Source: a virus
Lineage: Duplodnaviria; Caudoviricetes
IMG/VR virus record: IMGVR_UViG_3300043480_000006
Coordinates: 1-38,371 of that record
Direction: 5' to 3' (one strand)
DNA: 38,371 bases
Part shown: piece after piece, positions 16,210 through 23,793 of the stretch
Position numbering within the stretch: position 1 is the first letter of the stretch
Layout of the letters: each line of letters begins with the position of its first letter
Position numbers and translations under genes: made by a program
Notes under the pieces: model-generated
What the model was told of the DNA's origin: nothing
Database searches by the model: none
The model's input: only the letters and a program-made list of their open reading frames with translations

Positions 16210-16530
16210 ATGTCGGTTTCGCTGAAAGTCTGGACCAGCCCGAAGACACAAGAGGTTCGTATCTATGCAAACGCCTTCCGTGAACGCGCCGAGTTCGCCT
16301 ATGCGGACGGCGCTTATTTCGTCGCGGACGAAAACGGCATGACGAAAATTGGCGGGTTCAAATCCTGCTATTCGGGCAACTACGGTCGGGCGGCTCATGC
16401 CATTTTCGAGGCGTTCCGCATGTCTGGCGTGTCGTTTGGCGACATGATTGCCCGTATCGAAGCGGCGCAGACCAAGGGCGGAAATTTCTCTGAAACGCAA
16501 TACTTCAAGGCTCTGAAGGTGAAAGCATGA
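16210..16530 (+). CDS. Hypothetical protein
   Basis: GGAG RBS directly after the promoter. Confidence 0.65.
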   Translation: MSVSLKVWTSPKTQEVRIYANAFRERAEFAYADGAYFVADENGMTKIGGFKSCYSGNYGRAAHAIFEAFRMSGVSFGDMIARIEAAQTKGGNFSETQYFKALKVKA

Positions 16531-16691
16531 CCACCGAACTGAAAACCGCCGCCGCCGCCGCCAAGGCCGATCAACTGGCCGCTATGGCTGCCGCCAAGGA
16601 TGCGATGTCGGCCTATTGGGCCGGCTCCATCTCGGCTTCGGTCGGTCATCACTACGCCCGCAAGGCTTATAGCCAAACCAGGGCGCGATGA
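16527..16691 (+). CDS. 54-aa Ala-rich hypothetical protein (not in ORF track)
   Basis: ATGA-coupled on both sides. Confidence 0.55.
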   Translation: MTTELKTAAAAAKADQLAAMAAAKDAMSAYWAGSISASVGHHYARKAYSQTRAR

Positions 16692-16891
16692 TGGATGATC
16701 GAACCATCAGCGAGCGCCTAATAGCGCTCGGCGTAACCCATACTTCCGGAACCGATCAGCGGCGGGCGCTGTCTTGTCTTGGCATTCCAATAGGAATGGC
16801 GACAGCAGAAGAAGCGGTAAATCTGCTAAATATGCTTGACACCGTGTCCGGTCACGCTATGGTTAGTCATCAACAGGGAGAGAGCAAATGA
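16688..16891 (+). CDS. Hypothetical protein
   Basis: ATGA-coupled. Confidence 0.5.
   Translation: MMDDRTISERLIALGVTHTSGTDQRRALSCLGIPIGMATAEEAVNLLNMLDTVSGHAMVSHQQGESK
16836..16863 (+). promoter_or_regulatory. Promoter with operator box B (inverted copy of box A)
   Basis: TTGACA-N16-TATGGT containing ACCGTGTCCGGTCAC (16841-16855). Confidence 0.6.
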
Positions 16892-17085
16892 CCAACGCAC
16901 AATACGAAATGATCCAGCAAGGCCTCAATGGGGTCGTTTACGCCCAAGTCTCAGGCGATGTTGTTGCGGAGGTCCGCGCCGAGTCGAGACTGTTCGATTA
17001 CTGCCTTAACGCAGGAATGTCGTTTGATGAGCCTAATCATATCGATTGGGCGGCCCTACGCCTCGGTGATTGGCTTTCGGCATGA
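16888..17085 (+). CDS. Hypothetical protein
   Basis: GGGAGAG RBS. Confidence 0.6.
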   Translation: MTNAQYEMIQQGLNGVVYAQVSGDVVAEVRAESRLFDYCLNAGMSFDEPNHIDWAALRLGDWLSA

Positions 17086-17228
17086 GGGGCCTTCTGGACG
17101 GCCAATGGTACGATCTTGAATCCTACGATGAGGCAACACTATGGACCGGCAACGAAACCTGGTCGATCAAAGACGATCCTGAACGGGGGTCGTTTACGGC
17201 GGGTGATTTTGAGGAGATGTCCGAATGA
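17082..17228 (+). CDS. 48-aa highly acidic peptide (not in ORF track)
   Basis: ATGA-coupled on both sides; 13 D/E versus 3 K/R. Confidence 0.55.
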   Translation: MRGLLDGQWYDLESYDEATLWTGNETWSIKDDPERGSFTAGDFEEMSE

Positions 17229-17416
17229 CCTGCCCCGCCCGCTCCCCCGCCTCCCGCAAATCCGCCGAACGCCAGCGCAGGAAGGATGCTGGTGAGGTGA
17301 GGATTGAGTGCTGGATTTCAAAACGTGATGGTGCGCGACTGAAAGAGATGGCGCGAGAGGCTGATATTTCGGTCGGCTACGTCGTCACGCAGCTTCTCGC
17401 CTACTACTACTCATGA
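17225..17416 (+). CDS. Ribbon-helix-helix-like small regulator
   Basis: RQRRKDAGEVRIECWI...LKEMA...VVTQLL; GAGGAG RBS. Confidence 0.6.
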   Translation: MTCPARSPASRKSAERQRRKDAGEVRIECWISKRDGARLKEMAREADISVGYVVTQLLAYYYS

Positions 17417-17706
17417 TCCTCCTAGTCACCGGAGGCCGAGACTTTTGCGAATCCGTCACGTCCAAGGGCGAACCACGCGACCGCGACGACTATATGTCCG
17501 AACGCATCGCCCTAGGTTTCGCGCTGGACTATATCGCGCCGTCGTCGGTGATCGTCGGCGATGCAGATGGCGCGGATCGGTGGGCGAAGATATGGTGTGA
17601 TAAGAGGGGTGTTCCGCTATCGACGGGGCAGCCTGATTATGCGGTTGTGTTCCCGGGTGGTCGAATTCCTTCGCACGTCGAATCATACGAGGTAACGCTG
17701 CGATGA
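17413..17706 (+). CDS. SLOG (DUF2493/YspA-like) protein, internally shortened
   Basis: LLVTGGRDF, VIVGDADGADRWA and VFPGG present; the central ADW...AG..RN motif is absent. Confidence 0.65.
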   Translation: MILLVTGGRDFCESVTSKGEPRDRDDYMSERIALGFALDYIAPSSVIVGDADGADRWAKIWCDKRGVPLSTGQPDYAVVFPGGRIPSHVESYEVTLR

Positions 17707-18086
17707 CTCCGGCAACCGCTTTAACCAACCAAATCCGAGCCGCGACCTCCAAGCTGGGGGCGCGGCTTTTCAATACGCACGTTGGGAAATTCTGGGCGGG
17801 TCGTGTGGTAGGGACTCTGGCGAACGGCGACACTGTTCTGCGCAACGCCAGGATCGTCAATGTTGGCGTCAAGGGGCAGTCAGACCTGAACGGCTGGATT
17901 CCGGTTGTGGTGACGCCTGAGATGGTTGGAACGACTGTAGCGATCAGGGTTGAGATCGAGGTCAAGACGACTGACCGGCCATCGCCTGAACAGCTTGCGT
18001 GGATTGAGGCAGTCAAAAAAATGGGAGGGCGGGCCGGTGTGGCTCGCTCTCCCGAGGATGCTGTTAGGATTTGTAGAGGCGAGTAA
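17703..18086 (+). CDS. VRR-NUC PD-(D/E)XK nuclease
   Basis: GQSDLNG, IEVKT, SPEQLAWI, GGRAGVARSPEDA. Confidence 0.85.
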   Translation: MTPATALTNQIRAATSKLGARLFNTHVGKFWAGRVVGTLANGDTVLRNARIVNVGVKGQSDLNGWIPVVVTPEMVGTTVAIRVEIEVKTTDRPSPEQLAWIEAVKKMGGRAGVARSPEDAVRICRGE

Positions 18087-18089
18087 CCG

Positions 18090-18530
18090 TCAGAACGGAA
18101 TCTCAGTGTCGTCGTAATCCGACTCGCTAGGCTTCGCGCGATAACCGCCATCGTCCGAACCACCCGACGAACGCTCGCTGTCCGACTTCGAGCCGAGCAA
18201 AATCAACTGCCCGCCGAATCCTTGCAGAACGATCTCGGTCGTGTATTTCTCGACGCCGTTCTGTTCATATTTCCGCGTCTGGATTTGGCCCTCGATCATG
18301 ACCTTTGTGCCCTTGTGCACGTATTTCTCAATCACGCCGACAAGGCCCTCATTCCAGACCACGATGCGATGCCACTCGGTTCGCTCCTTTTTATCGCCAG
18401 TCGATTTGTCTTTCCAGGATTCAGACGTGGCGACTGTGAGATTAGCAACGCGGTTGCCGTTGGACATGGATTTGATCTCGGGGTCTTTGCCGACGTTGCC
18501 GATGATCTGGGCGCGGTTTAGGGATGACAT
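18090..18530 (-). CDS. ssb: Single-stranded DNA-binding protein
   Basis: LNRAQIIGNVGKDPE, ATSESWKDK...ERTEWHR, acidic tail DDTEIPF. Confidence 0.95.
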   Translation of the reverse strand: MSSLNRAQIIGNVGKDPEIKSMSNGNRVANLTVATSESWKDKSTGDKKERTEWHRIVVWNEGLVGVIEKYVHKGTKVMIEGQIQTRKYEQNGVEKYTTEIVLQGFGGQLILLGSKSDSERSSGGSDDGGYRAKPSESDYDDTEIPF

Positions 18531-18544
18531 GGGTTAGGGGTTCC

Positions 18545-19045
18545 TTATTCACATTCCATTGGAATGAAATTATTGTTTTGGTAAAAAAATTGTCCGCTTA
18601 AAAAAGAAAAGGAAAATTTACCTCTGTTTTTTGTTATTTTGGAAATTTCATCTTCCCTTCCATTTACCCATACCCCTTGGCCAACCCTTACATTTCCGTT
18701 TGGCGTATCAACGCTATCAAGAGAATAAAATCTCAGGTCGCGCCTGTGTCCGGCCTTACAAGAATTGTAGTGTTTCATCCCATCAAGAGCATCTATCCAA
18801 AAATTCTCACGCTCCTGCAAGTCATTTTGGTCAACACCAGATTCTATCATCATGAACTCAAATCCGGCCTCGCCTATTCGATTCCAATCTGCCTGCATGG
18901 CCTTTGAGTGGTGTTTGTTTCGCCGTAAATGATCCAAGTGTTGAGATAGTCGGACTTCGACCCTTACGGACGACCCGACATAAAATCGCTTTTCAGCGAA
19001 ATTAACGATCACGTATATCCCGCTGCTTGTGATCCTCTTCCCCAA
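18545..19045 (-). CDS. GIY-YIG homing endonuclease
   Basis: SGIYVI...FYVGSS...R..QH...L..NKH...MQADWN...E..WI...YN; AT-rich. Confidence 0.85.
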   Translation of the reverse strand: MGKRITSSGIYVIVNFAEKRFYVGSSVRVEVRLSQHLDHLRRNKHHSKAMQADWNRIGEAGFEFMMIESGVDQNDLQERENFWIDALDGMKHYNSCKAGHRRDLRFYSLDSVDTPNGNVRVGQGVWVNGREDEISKITKNRGKFSFSFLSGQFFYQNNNFIPMECE

Positions 19046-19138
19046 TACCCTTGACCTTTCCGTCAGTCTGGCGCTTTATGGCCGTCCGCAGATTTATGCG
19101 TGTGAATAAGACCATACACGAAAACGTCAGGGCGACAA

Positions 19139-19342
19139 GTGACCTTCAACGAGTGGATCAAGATCAGAGGCGTGGATAAAACTGCCTCTACGCTTAGCCT
19201 TCCGGCTGCTACCATATATAGTTGGATGCGCCGAGGGACCATACCACGGAGTGCGTGGCCCGACATTGTTTTGAAGTTTGCAGAACTCGGGATCAACGAC
19301 CTGCTAACCATGGAAGCGGCTTCGAAGAAGGCTGAAAAGTGA
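19139..19342 (+). CDS. Cro-like HTH protein
   Basis: GVDKTASTLSLPAATIYSWMRRGTIP. Confidence 0.7.
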   Translation: MTFNEWIKIRGVDKTASTLSLPAATIYSWMRRGTIPRSAWPDIVLKFAELGINDLLTMEAASKKAEK

Positions 19343-19695
19343 ACCTCCGCTATCCGTGGTGGGATCGGTGGCAGTCTCTTAGGCGGCGCGATCTTCACCA
19401 GTCCAAGGCCGAATCAGCCCTCCAGATCGCTGCTGACTTCATAGAGGAATACGCTTTTGAAGCAGAGCAGGACGGATGGCAACCCATCCACATTCTGAAG
19501 CCCTACACCGGCCTCGCGTGGCGCTGGCCTTATCTGCCTGCGATCTCCACGCGGCCTAAAATCATGGCTGCAACGATCAGTCCGTTCGATTTCACATACA
19601 GGGCAGAACGTGACGGGTCGATATCATTCATCACCGGATCGCGTCGCCATAAGACGCTTATGACGTTCGGACTGCCGGGGGAATATTCTCAGTGA
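19339..19695 (+). CDS. Hypothetical replication-region protein
   Basis: GTGA-coupled to both neighbours. Confidence 0.55.
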   Translation: MNLRYPWWDRWQSLRRRDLHQSKAESALQIAADFIEEYAFEAEQDGWQPIHILKPYTGLAWRWPYLPAISTRPKIMAATISPFDFTYRAERDGSISFITGSRRHKTLMTFGLPGEYSQ

Positions 19696-21011
19696 CCATT
19701 CGTTTCCAAGCCGCAGACATCACTGAGGACGCAGCGGCCCTTGAGTTTTCTCGCATCTATCGGGACCGGCTCGCTTACTGCCACAGCACAGGCGTCTGGT
19801 ATGAATATGATGGATCAATCTGGCGGGCGCACAAGACGCCCCTTGCGTTCCACTACGCCCGCGAACTCATGCGAACGATGTCAGGTGATGTTCCGGCTAA
19901 GGGGCAGTTTCAAAAAACCAAATACGCTTTGGGGGTCGAAAAGTTTTCGCAGGCTGACCCTATTTTCGCGCGCACGTCCGACCACTGGAATCGAGACGCT
20001 TTCCTTTTAGGGACGCCTGGAGGCACGGTAGACCTAAGAACAGGTAAACTTCGCACAGCTATGCCGTCCGACCACATCAACAAGGCGACAGCGGTTCCTC
20101 CGTCGTCTGCCGCGTGCCCTTTGTGGATGGACTTTCTAAAAGACGCGACGGGCGGTGATCCCGCGCTTATCCGGTTCCTGCAACAGATCGCTGGTTACAG
20201 CCTCACGGGCGACATTCGAGAGCACGCCCTGTTCTTCATCTACGGGCCAGGAGGAAACGGCAAGTCGGTGTATCTGAACACCGTAACAAAGATCGTTGGG
20301 GACTACGGCGAGACCGCAGCCATGGCGACCTTTGAAAAATCGGCGTCCAACGGCATTCCTGCGGACCTTGCTATGTTGAACGGAGCGCGGCTTGTGACTG
20401 CCTCTGAGACCGAAGAGGGACGCTCTTGGGCCGAGGCCAAGGTCAAGCAGATGACGGGCGGCGATCAGATCACAGCCCGCTTCATGCGCCAAAACTTTTT
20501 CACTTTCTCGCCGTCGTTCAAGCTGGTGATCGTCGGTAACCACAAGCCAACCCTGTCGTCCGTTGACGAGGCCCTAAAGCGCCGGTTCAACATCATTCCG
20601 TTCACCGTCAAGCCACAAAAACCAGACCGGGAACTTGAGGCAAAGCTCGAAAAAGAGTGGCCTGCAATCCTTGGATGGATGATTGAAGGGTGCTTGGACT
20701 GGCAGAAAAACGGTCTTGTCCGCCCAACGGTCGTCACCGATGCGACTAATGAATACTTTTCTGAGCAAAACACAGTTCAACAGTGGATCGACGAATATTG
20801 CGAGTGTGACCTAGATAATCCGTATCTAAGTGAAAGCGCTACAGCCCTGTTTTCATCGTGGTCTAAGTTTGCTGAAAGATACGGGGAGGGCAAACAGAGC
20901 ATGAAGTCTTTTGCCTCTACTTTGCAGCGGGAGGGGTTTACAAAGAAACGCACCGGCCAAGGTATTTTTTACCAGATGATACGTCTTAGAGGTAAGAAAG
21001 AAGATGAATAA
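19692..21011 (+). CDS. D5/P4-family SF3 helicase (no primase domain)
   Basis: D5_N-like start, Walker A GPGGNGKS, LVTASE, KQMTGGDQITAR, GNHKP, RRFNIIPF. Confidence 0.9.
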   Translation: MTIRFQAADITEDAAALEFSRIYRDRLAYCHSTGVWYEYDGSIWRAHKTPLAFHYARELMRTMSGDVPAKGQFQKTKYALGVEKFSQADPIFARTSDHWNRDAFLLGTPGGTVDLRTGKLRTAMPSDHINKATAVPPSSAACPLWMDFLKDATGGDPALIRFLQQIAGYSLTGDIREHALFFIYGPGGNGKSVYLNTVTKIVGDYGETAAMATFEKSASNGIPADLAMLNGARLVTASETEEGRSWAEAKVKQMTGGDQITARFMRQNFFTFSPSFKLVIVGNHKPTLSSVDEALKRRFNIIPFTVKPQKPDRELEAKLEKEWPAILGWMIEGCLDWQKNGLVRPTVVTDATNEYFSEQNTVQQWIDEYCECDLDNPYLSESATALFSSWSKFAERYGEGKQSMKSFASTLQREGFTKKRTGQGIFYQMIRLRGKKEDE

Positions 21012-21029
21012 AAATCTTACACAGTTTCG

Positions 21030-21127
21030 TGTAGGATGTAGGGTTCTGCATGGTTTCTACGGTTCCCCCTTACGCGTGCGCGTATAGGACAATGGGCCAA
21101 TGTAGGTTCACAACCCTACATCCTACA
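21030..21127. repeat. Putative replication origin (16-bp inverted repeat plus central palindrome)
   Basis: TGTAGGATGTAGGGTT (21030-21045) and AACCCTACATCCTACA (21112-21127); central TACGCG-tg-CGCGTA at 21071-21084. Confidence 0.65.
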
Positions 21128-21170
21128 TCAGATAGATTTCTGATCAGACTTAGCCTAGAATGGAGACAAT

Positions 21171-21455
21171 ATGACATCCACAATTCGAGTTTCAGAAATC
21201 AAAAATGGTTCCGCATCCGCTTACAAAAATAGCGATGGGAAGCCTAAATCAGGAACGAAACTGCGCCGCGTATACGACGCCCTACGTCGCGGCGAGATCG
21301 TCAAGCTGGGTGGTTATTCGACGCAGCTTCGTGATATGTATGGTATGGAGATTGAGCGCGTGGGGAAAACAGGAACCCGCCTCCTCGGTGAATGGGACGG
21401 CCCCTATTATGTCCCGATTGAAAGGATCGTCTCTGAAGAGACGGAAACTGTATGA
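21171..21455 (+). CDS. Hypothetical (possible winged-helix) protein
   Basis: TGGAG RBS; coupled to terS. Confidence 0.6.
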   Translation: MTSTIRVSEIKNGSASAYKNSDGKPKSGTKLRRVYDALRRGEIVKLGGYSTQLRDMYGMEIERVGKTGTRLLGEWDGPYYVPIERIVSEETETV

Positions 21456-21898
21456 CTGACCACACCGACACCGTCCCCGAAGCCGACAAGGTTCAGGAGA
21501 TCATCGCCCTCATCGAATCCGGCGAGTCCGAGCGCGGAGCCTGTGAGCGGGTTGGCATGAACCGGATGACGTTTAGATCAAGGGCGCTGAAGCTAGGCGC
21601 GGCTGACCAATACGCGCGGGCAATATCTGCCCTGGCGGATGCTCAGACGGAGGCCCTGGAGGTTGCTATTGAGGATATGCGGTCGGGAAAAATCGACGCT
21701 GCGATGGCTCGCGTTGAGATCGACGCGCGAAAATGGTTCGCGTCCAAATTCCTGCCCAAGCGTTACGGCGACAAAATCGCCCACGTCGGCGGCGACCCTG
21801 CATCCGGTGATCAGCCTGTTCGTGTCGCGGTCGATGTTAGCGGGATGAGCGCGGCGACGTTGGCTGAGTTGGCTGGGCTGAAGGTTGAGGGGGAATAA
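21452..21898 (+). CDS. terS: Terminase small subunit (Sf6 gp1-like)
   Basis: N-terminal HTH; QYARA...ARVEIDARKWFASKFLPKRYGDK. Confidence 0.85.
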   Translation: MTDHTDTVPEADKVQEIIALIESGESERGACERVGMNRMTFRSRALKLGAADQYARAISALADAQTEALEVAIEDMRSGKIDAAMARVEIDARKWFASKFLPKRYGDKIAHVGGDPASGDQPVRVAVDVSGMSAATLAELAGLKVEGE

Positions 21899-21913
21899 AT
21901 CGAGGCGGGGGCG

Positions 21914-21952
21914 AAAATAACGCTTGAACGGTAACGCCTTGCATGTGATGGT
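21914..21952 (+). promoter_or_regulatory. Promoter, AAAATAACG-type
   Basis: AAAATAACGC-TTGAAC-N17-GATGGT, then CTGGAGAG RBS. Confidence 0.5.
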
Positions 21953-21975
21953 CGGATAACACCTGGAGAGACGAC

Positions 21976-22203
21976 ATGACCGACACCACCCACCTCACCG
22001 CCCTGATCTCCCGCCTGTCCAGCGAAAGTTCCGCACTAGCCCGCGCGACTAAGCCGTCAGAGATCGAACTCCGCCAAGTCTGGGTTCGCCAGTGCGAGAA
22101 GGAAATCAACGGCGAGGAGGCGTTCTTGGGCATGGAGCTGACCGATTGGAACGCGCCGGAAATGACCGACGAGGAGTTGATGGCGGAGCTTTCGGGGTGG
22201 TGA
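21976..22203 (+). CDS. Hypothetical acidic protein
   Basis: CTGGAGAG RBS. Confidence 0.7.
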   Translation: MTDTTHLTALISRLSSESSALARATKPSEIELRQVWVRQCEKEINGEEAFLGMELTDWNAPEMTDEELMAELSGW

Positions 22204-22349
22204 TGATCGAGCGCCTCTGGTTCGCGCTCATGGTTAAACAATGCGCCGCCTGCTTCTCGGTGCTCAGGCGGTTCCGTCCATGCCCTTGTTGCTCGGCCCA
22301 GACCGCGCTAAACAGGCGGAAAGTCGGTGGAAATCCGGCAATGTATCGG

Positions 22350-22425
22350 TGCGAAATAGCTCAGAGGGTAGAGCGCCTGACTGTTAATCAGGATGTCGCT
22401 GGTTCGATCCCAGCTTTCGCAGCCA
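22350..22425 (+). tRNA. tRNA-Asn (GTT)
   Basis: Acceptor stem TGCGAAA/TTTCGCA, D-arm GCTC/GAGC, anticodon arm CCTGA-ctGTTaa-TCAGG, T-arm GCTGG-TTCGATC-CCAGC, G73 and encoded CCA; 76 nt. Confidence 0.95.
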
Positions 22426-22432
22426 ACCTCCA

Positions 22433-22470
22433 AAAATAACGCTTGCATCACCCGGTGACGGTGTTATGTT
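22433..22470 (+). promoter_or_regulatory. Promoter, AAAATAACG-type
   Basis: AAAATAACGC-TTGCAT-N16-TATGTT, then GTTATCAACTGGAGAG. Confidence 0.55.
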
Positions 22471-22494
22471 CAGTTATCAACTGGAGAGAACGTG

Positions 22495-22644
22495 ATGTGG
22501 ACGACGACCGAAGAAGACCGGCAGAACATGCGCGGAGGCGTTAACAGCCCGGCTGCTAAGCAGGCCCAAGCTCAAGCTCAAGAAAGAGCCAACAAGCGCA
22601 GGGCCGCTTGGGCTAAGAAGCAAGCCAAGGCAGAAAAGAAATAG
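22495..22644 (+). CDS. 49-aa basic helical peptide MWTTTEEDRQ... (not in ORF track)
   Basis: ACTGGAGAG RBS after the promoter. Confidence 0.6.
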   Translation: MWTTTEEDRQNMRGGVNSPAAKQAQAQAQERANKRRAAWAKKQAKAEKK

Positions 22645-22755
22645 CCCTGTGCGGGCAGATGATTCCAGAGCGCCCGGTGAAGCCCGGAGTAAGTCGGAAG
22701 GGTGTCGCAACCCCACCCGGCGCGCTGTCTCTGGGGTCTCCTTCCCGCATAGGGT
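22644..22755 (+). ncRNA. Putative structured RNA element
   Basis: 12-bp outer stem and 10-bp second stem, both with G-U pairs, and a branched apex; intergenic. Confidence 0.45.
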
Positions 22756-22795
22756 GCGGCATGGCCTGGATATGGGCGGAACTGGAGAGAGTGTG

Positions 22796-23161
22796 ATGGG
22801 TAAGTTTAGAGTTGGGGACGTTGTTAGGTCGAATAGCGGATGGGAGGCGATTGTTTCCGGCTATAAAGGGGAGAATGTCTTGCTGTACAATGAAGATGCT
22901 ATGTTCGGTAAGTCAAAAGATTACCCTTACGACCCTAAGGGCTTCACGCTGGTTTCGACTCCCGCAAGCGCAGTTGAACAATTCGGCCAATCCCCCACCC
23001 TCCTCGACCAGTTCGCAATTGCGGCTTTGACGGGGCTGTTGAGTGATTCGAACGTGAAGCCCGACTCTGAAGGGACGGAGGCTGACTTCATGTCCGATGT
23101 TTCAGAGTGTGCTTATCGGCACGCCCAAGCCATGATGAAAGCCCGCGAGGTGCAGAAGTGA
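22796..23161 (+). CDS. Mosaic hypothetical protein (KFRVGDVV module plus TLLDQFAIAALTGLL...AY..A.AMMKAR module)
   Basis: ACTGGAGAG RBS; recognisable phage modules. Confidence 0.7.
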   Translation: MGKFRVGDVVRSNSGWEAIVSGYKGENVLLYNEDAMFGKSKDYPYDPKGFTLVSTPASAVEQFGQSPTLLDQFAIAALTGLLSDSNVKPDSEGTEADFMSDVSECAYRHAQAMMKAREVQK

Positions 23162-23355
23162 CCACGATGCTTGAGCGGGCCAGTCATGCGGTCGAGGATG
23201 CGTTGGCGTCCGATAATAACCATCCTGACGATATCGCCCGCGCCGTCCTGATGTCGGTTCTGGCTTCGGTTGAGACGGACACAAGCAATCCGAATTGTCC
23301 TAACGATCGGTTTGACGACGTTATGCGAGACATCCTAAACGAGACCTCTAAATGA
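23158..23355 (+). CDS. Hypothetical protein
   Basis: GTGA/ATGA coupling. Confidence 0.55.
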   Translation: MTTMLERASHAVEDALASDNNHPDDIARAVLMSVLASVETDTSNPNCPNDRFDDVMRDILNETSK

Positions 23356-23543
23356 CCGCCAACGTATCCCGCCCCTCCGCAGCAGGCTCACTCGCCACCT
23401 CACGCCGCACTGGCGCATCGTCTGAATACGACTTCATTGTCGAGCAGCTAGCACGCGGAATCTCGGTGCAGAACATCGCCCGCATGTCCGGCTGTTCGAT
23501 GCAGGATATTTCACGGATTAAGGAGAGAGTTGATGTTTCGTAA
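23352..23543 (+). CDS. Small HTH protein
   Basis: LARGISVQNIARMSGCSMQDISRI. Confidence 0.6.
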   Translation: MTANVSRPSAAGSLATSRRTGASSEYDFIVEQLARGISVQNIARMSGCSMQDISRIKERVDVS

Positions 23544-23721
23544 GTTCCTGGCGCTGTTTCGTCCGAGGGGTAACGTCGCAGCGTGGACGTTCGACCCGCT
23601 CGCATACGACCCCCAACGCGAGACAAAGCGCCGACTCCGTGCCGAGATCGCCCGCCTCAAGCGCAACAAGAAGCGCCACAGCCACATTCAAGCTGAACTG
23701 GACCGACTCAATGGCGTGTAA
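23533..23721 (+). CDS. Hypothetical basic protein
   Basis: AGGAG RBS. Confidence 0.6.
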   Translation: MFRKFLALFRPRGNVAAWTFDPLAYDPQRETKRRLRAEIARLKRNKKRHSHIQAELDRLNGV

Positions 23722-23724
23722 CCC

Positions 23725-23753
23725 TTTACACGACACGTAACCCGCGCTAGGTT
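23725..23753 (+). promoter_or_regulatory. Sigma70-like promoter
   Basis: TTTACA-N17-TAGGTT. Confidence 0.4.
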
Positions 23754-23793
23754 CGGGTTGCGCTGGATTGTGGCGCTGACTGGAGAGTGGATT

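Noticed and set aside
16165-16855. Invertible segment bounded by the 15-bp inverted repeats
   Set aside because: No recombinase is encoded and both boxes sit in promoter spacers, so an operator is the simpler explanation. Read-level inversion could not be checked.
21914-21945. CtrA boxes in the TAAC-containing promoters
   Set aside because: No full TTAA-N7-TTAA site was seen, only half-site-like TAAC.
22323-22339. Second tRNA (T-arm-like GTCGG-tggaaat-CCGGC)
   Set aside because: No matching acceptor stem or D-arm could be built.
22670-22720. Twister or hammerhead ribozyme (CCGGTGAAGCCCGG...GGAAGGG)
   Set aside because: Superficial resemblance only. It lacks the twister UAA and pseudoknot-pairing loop bases, and the hammerhead CUGANGA/GAAA core.
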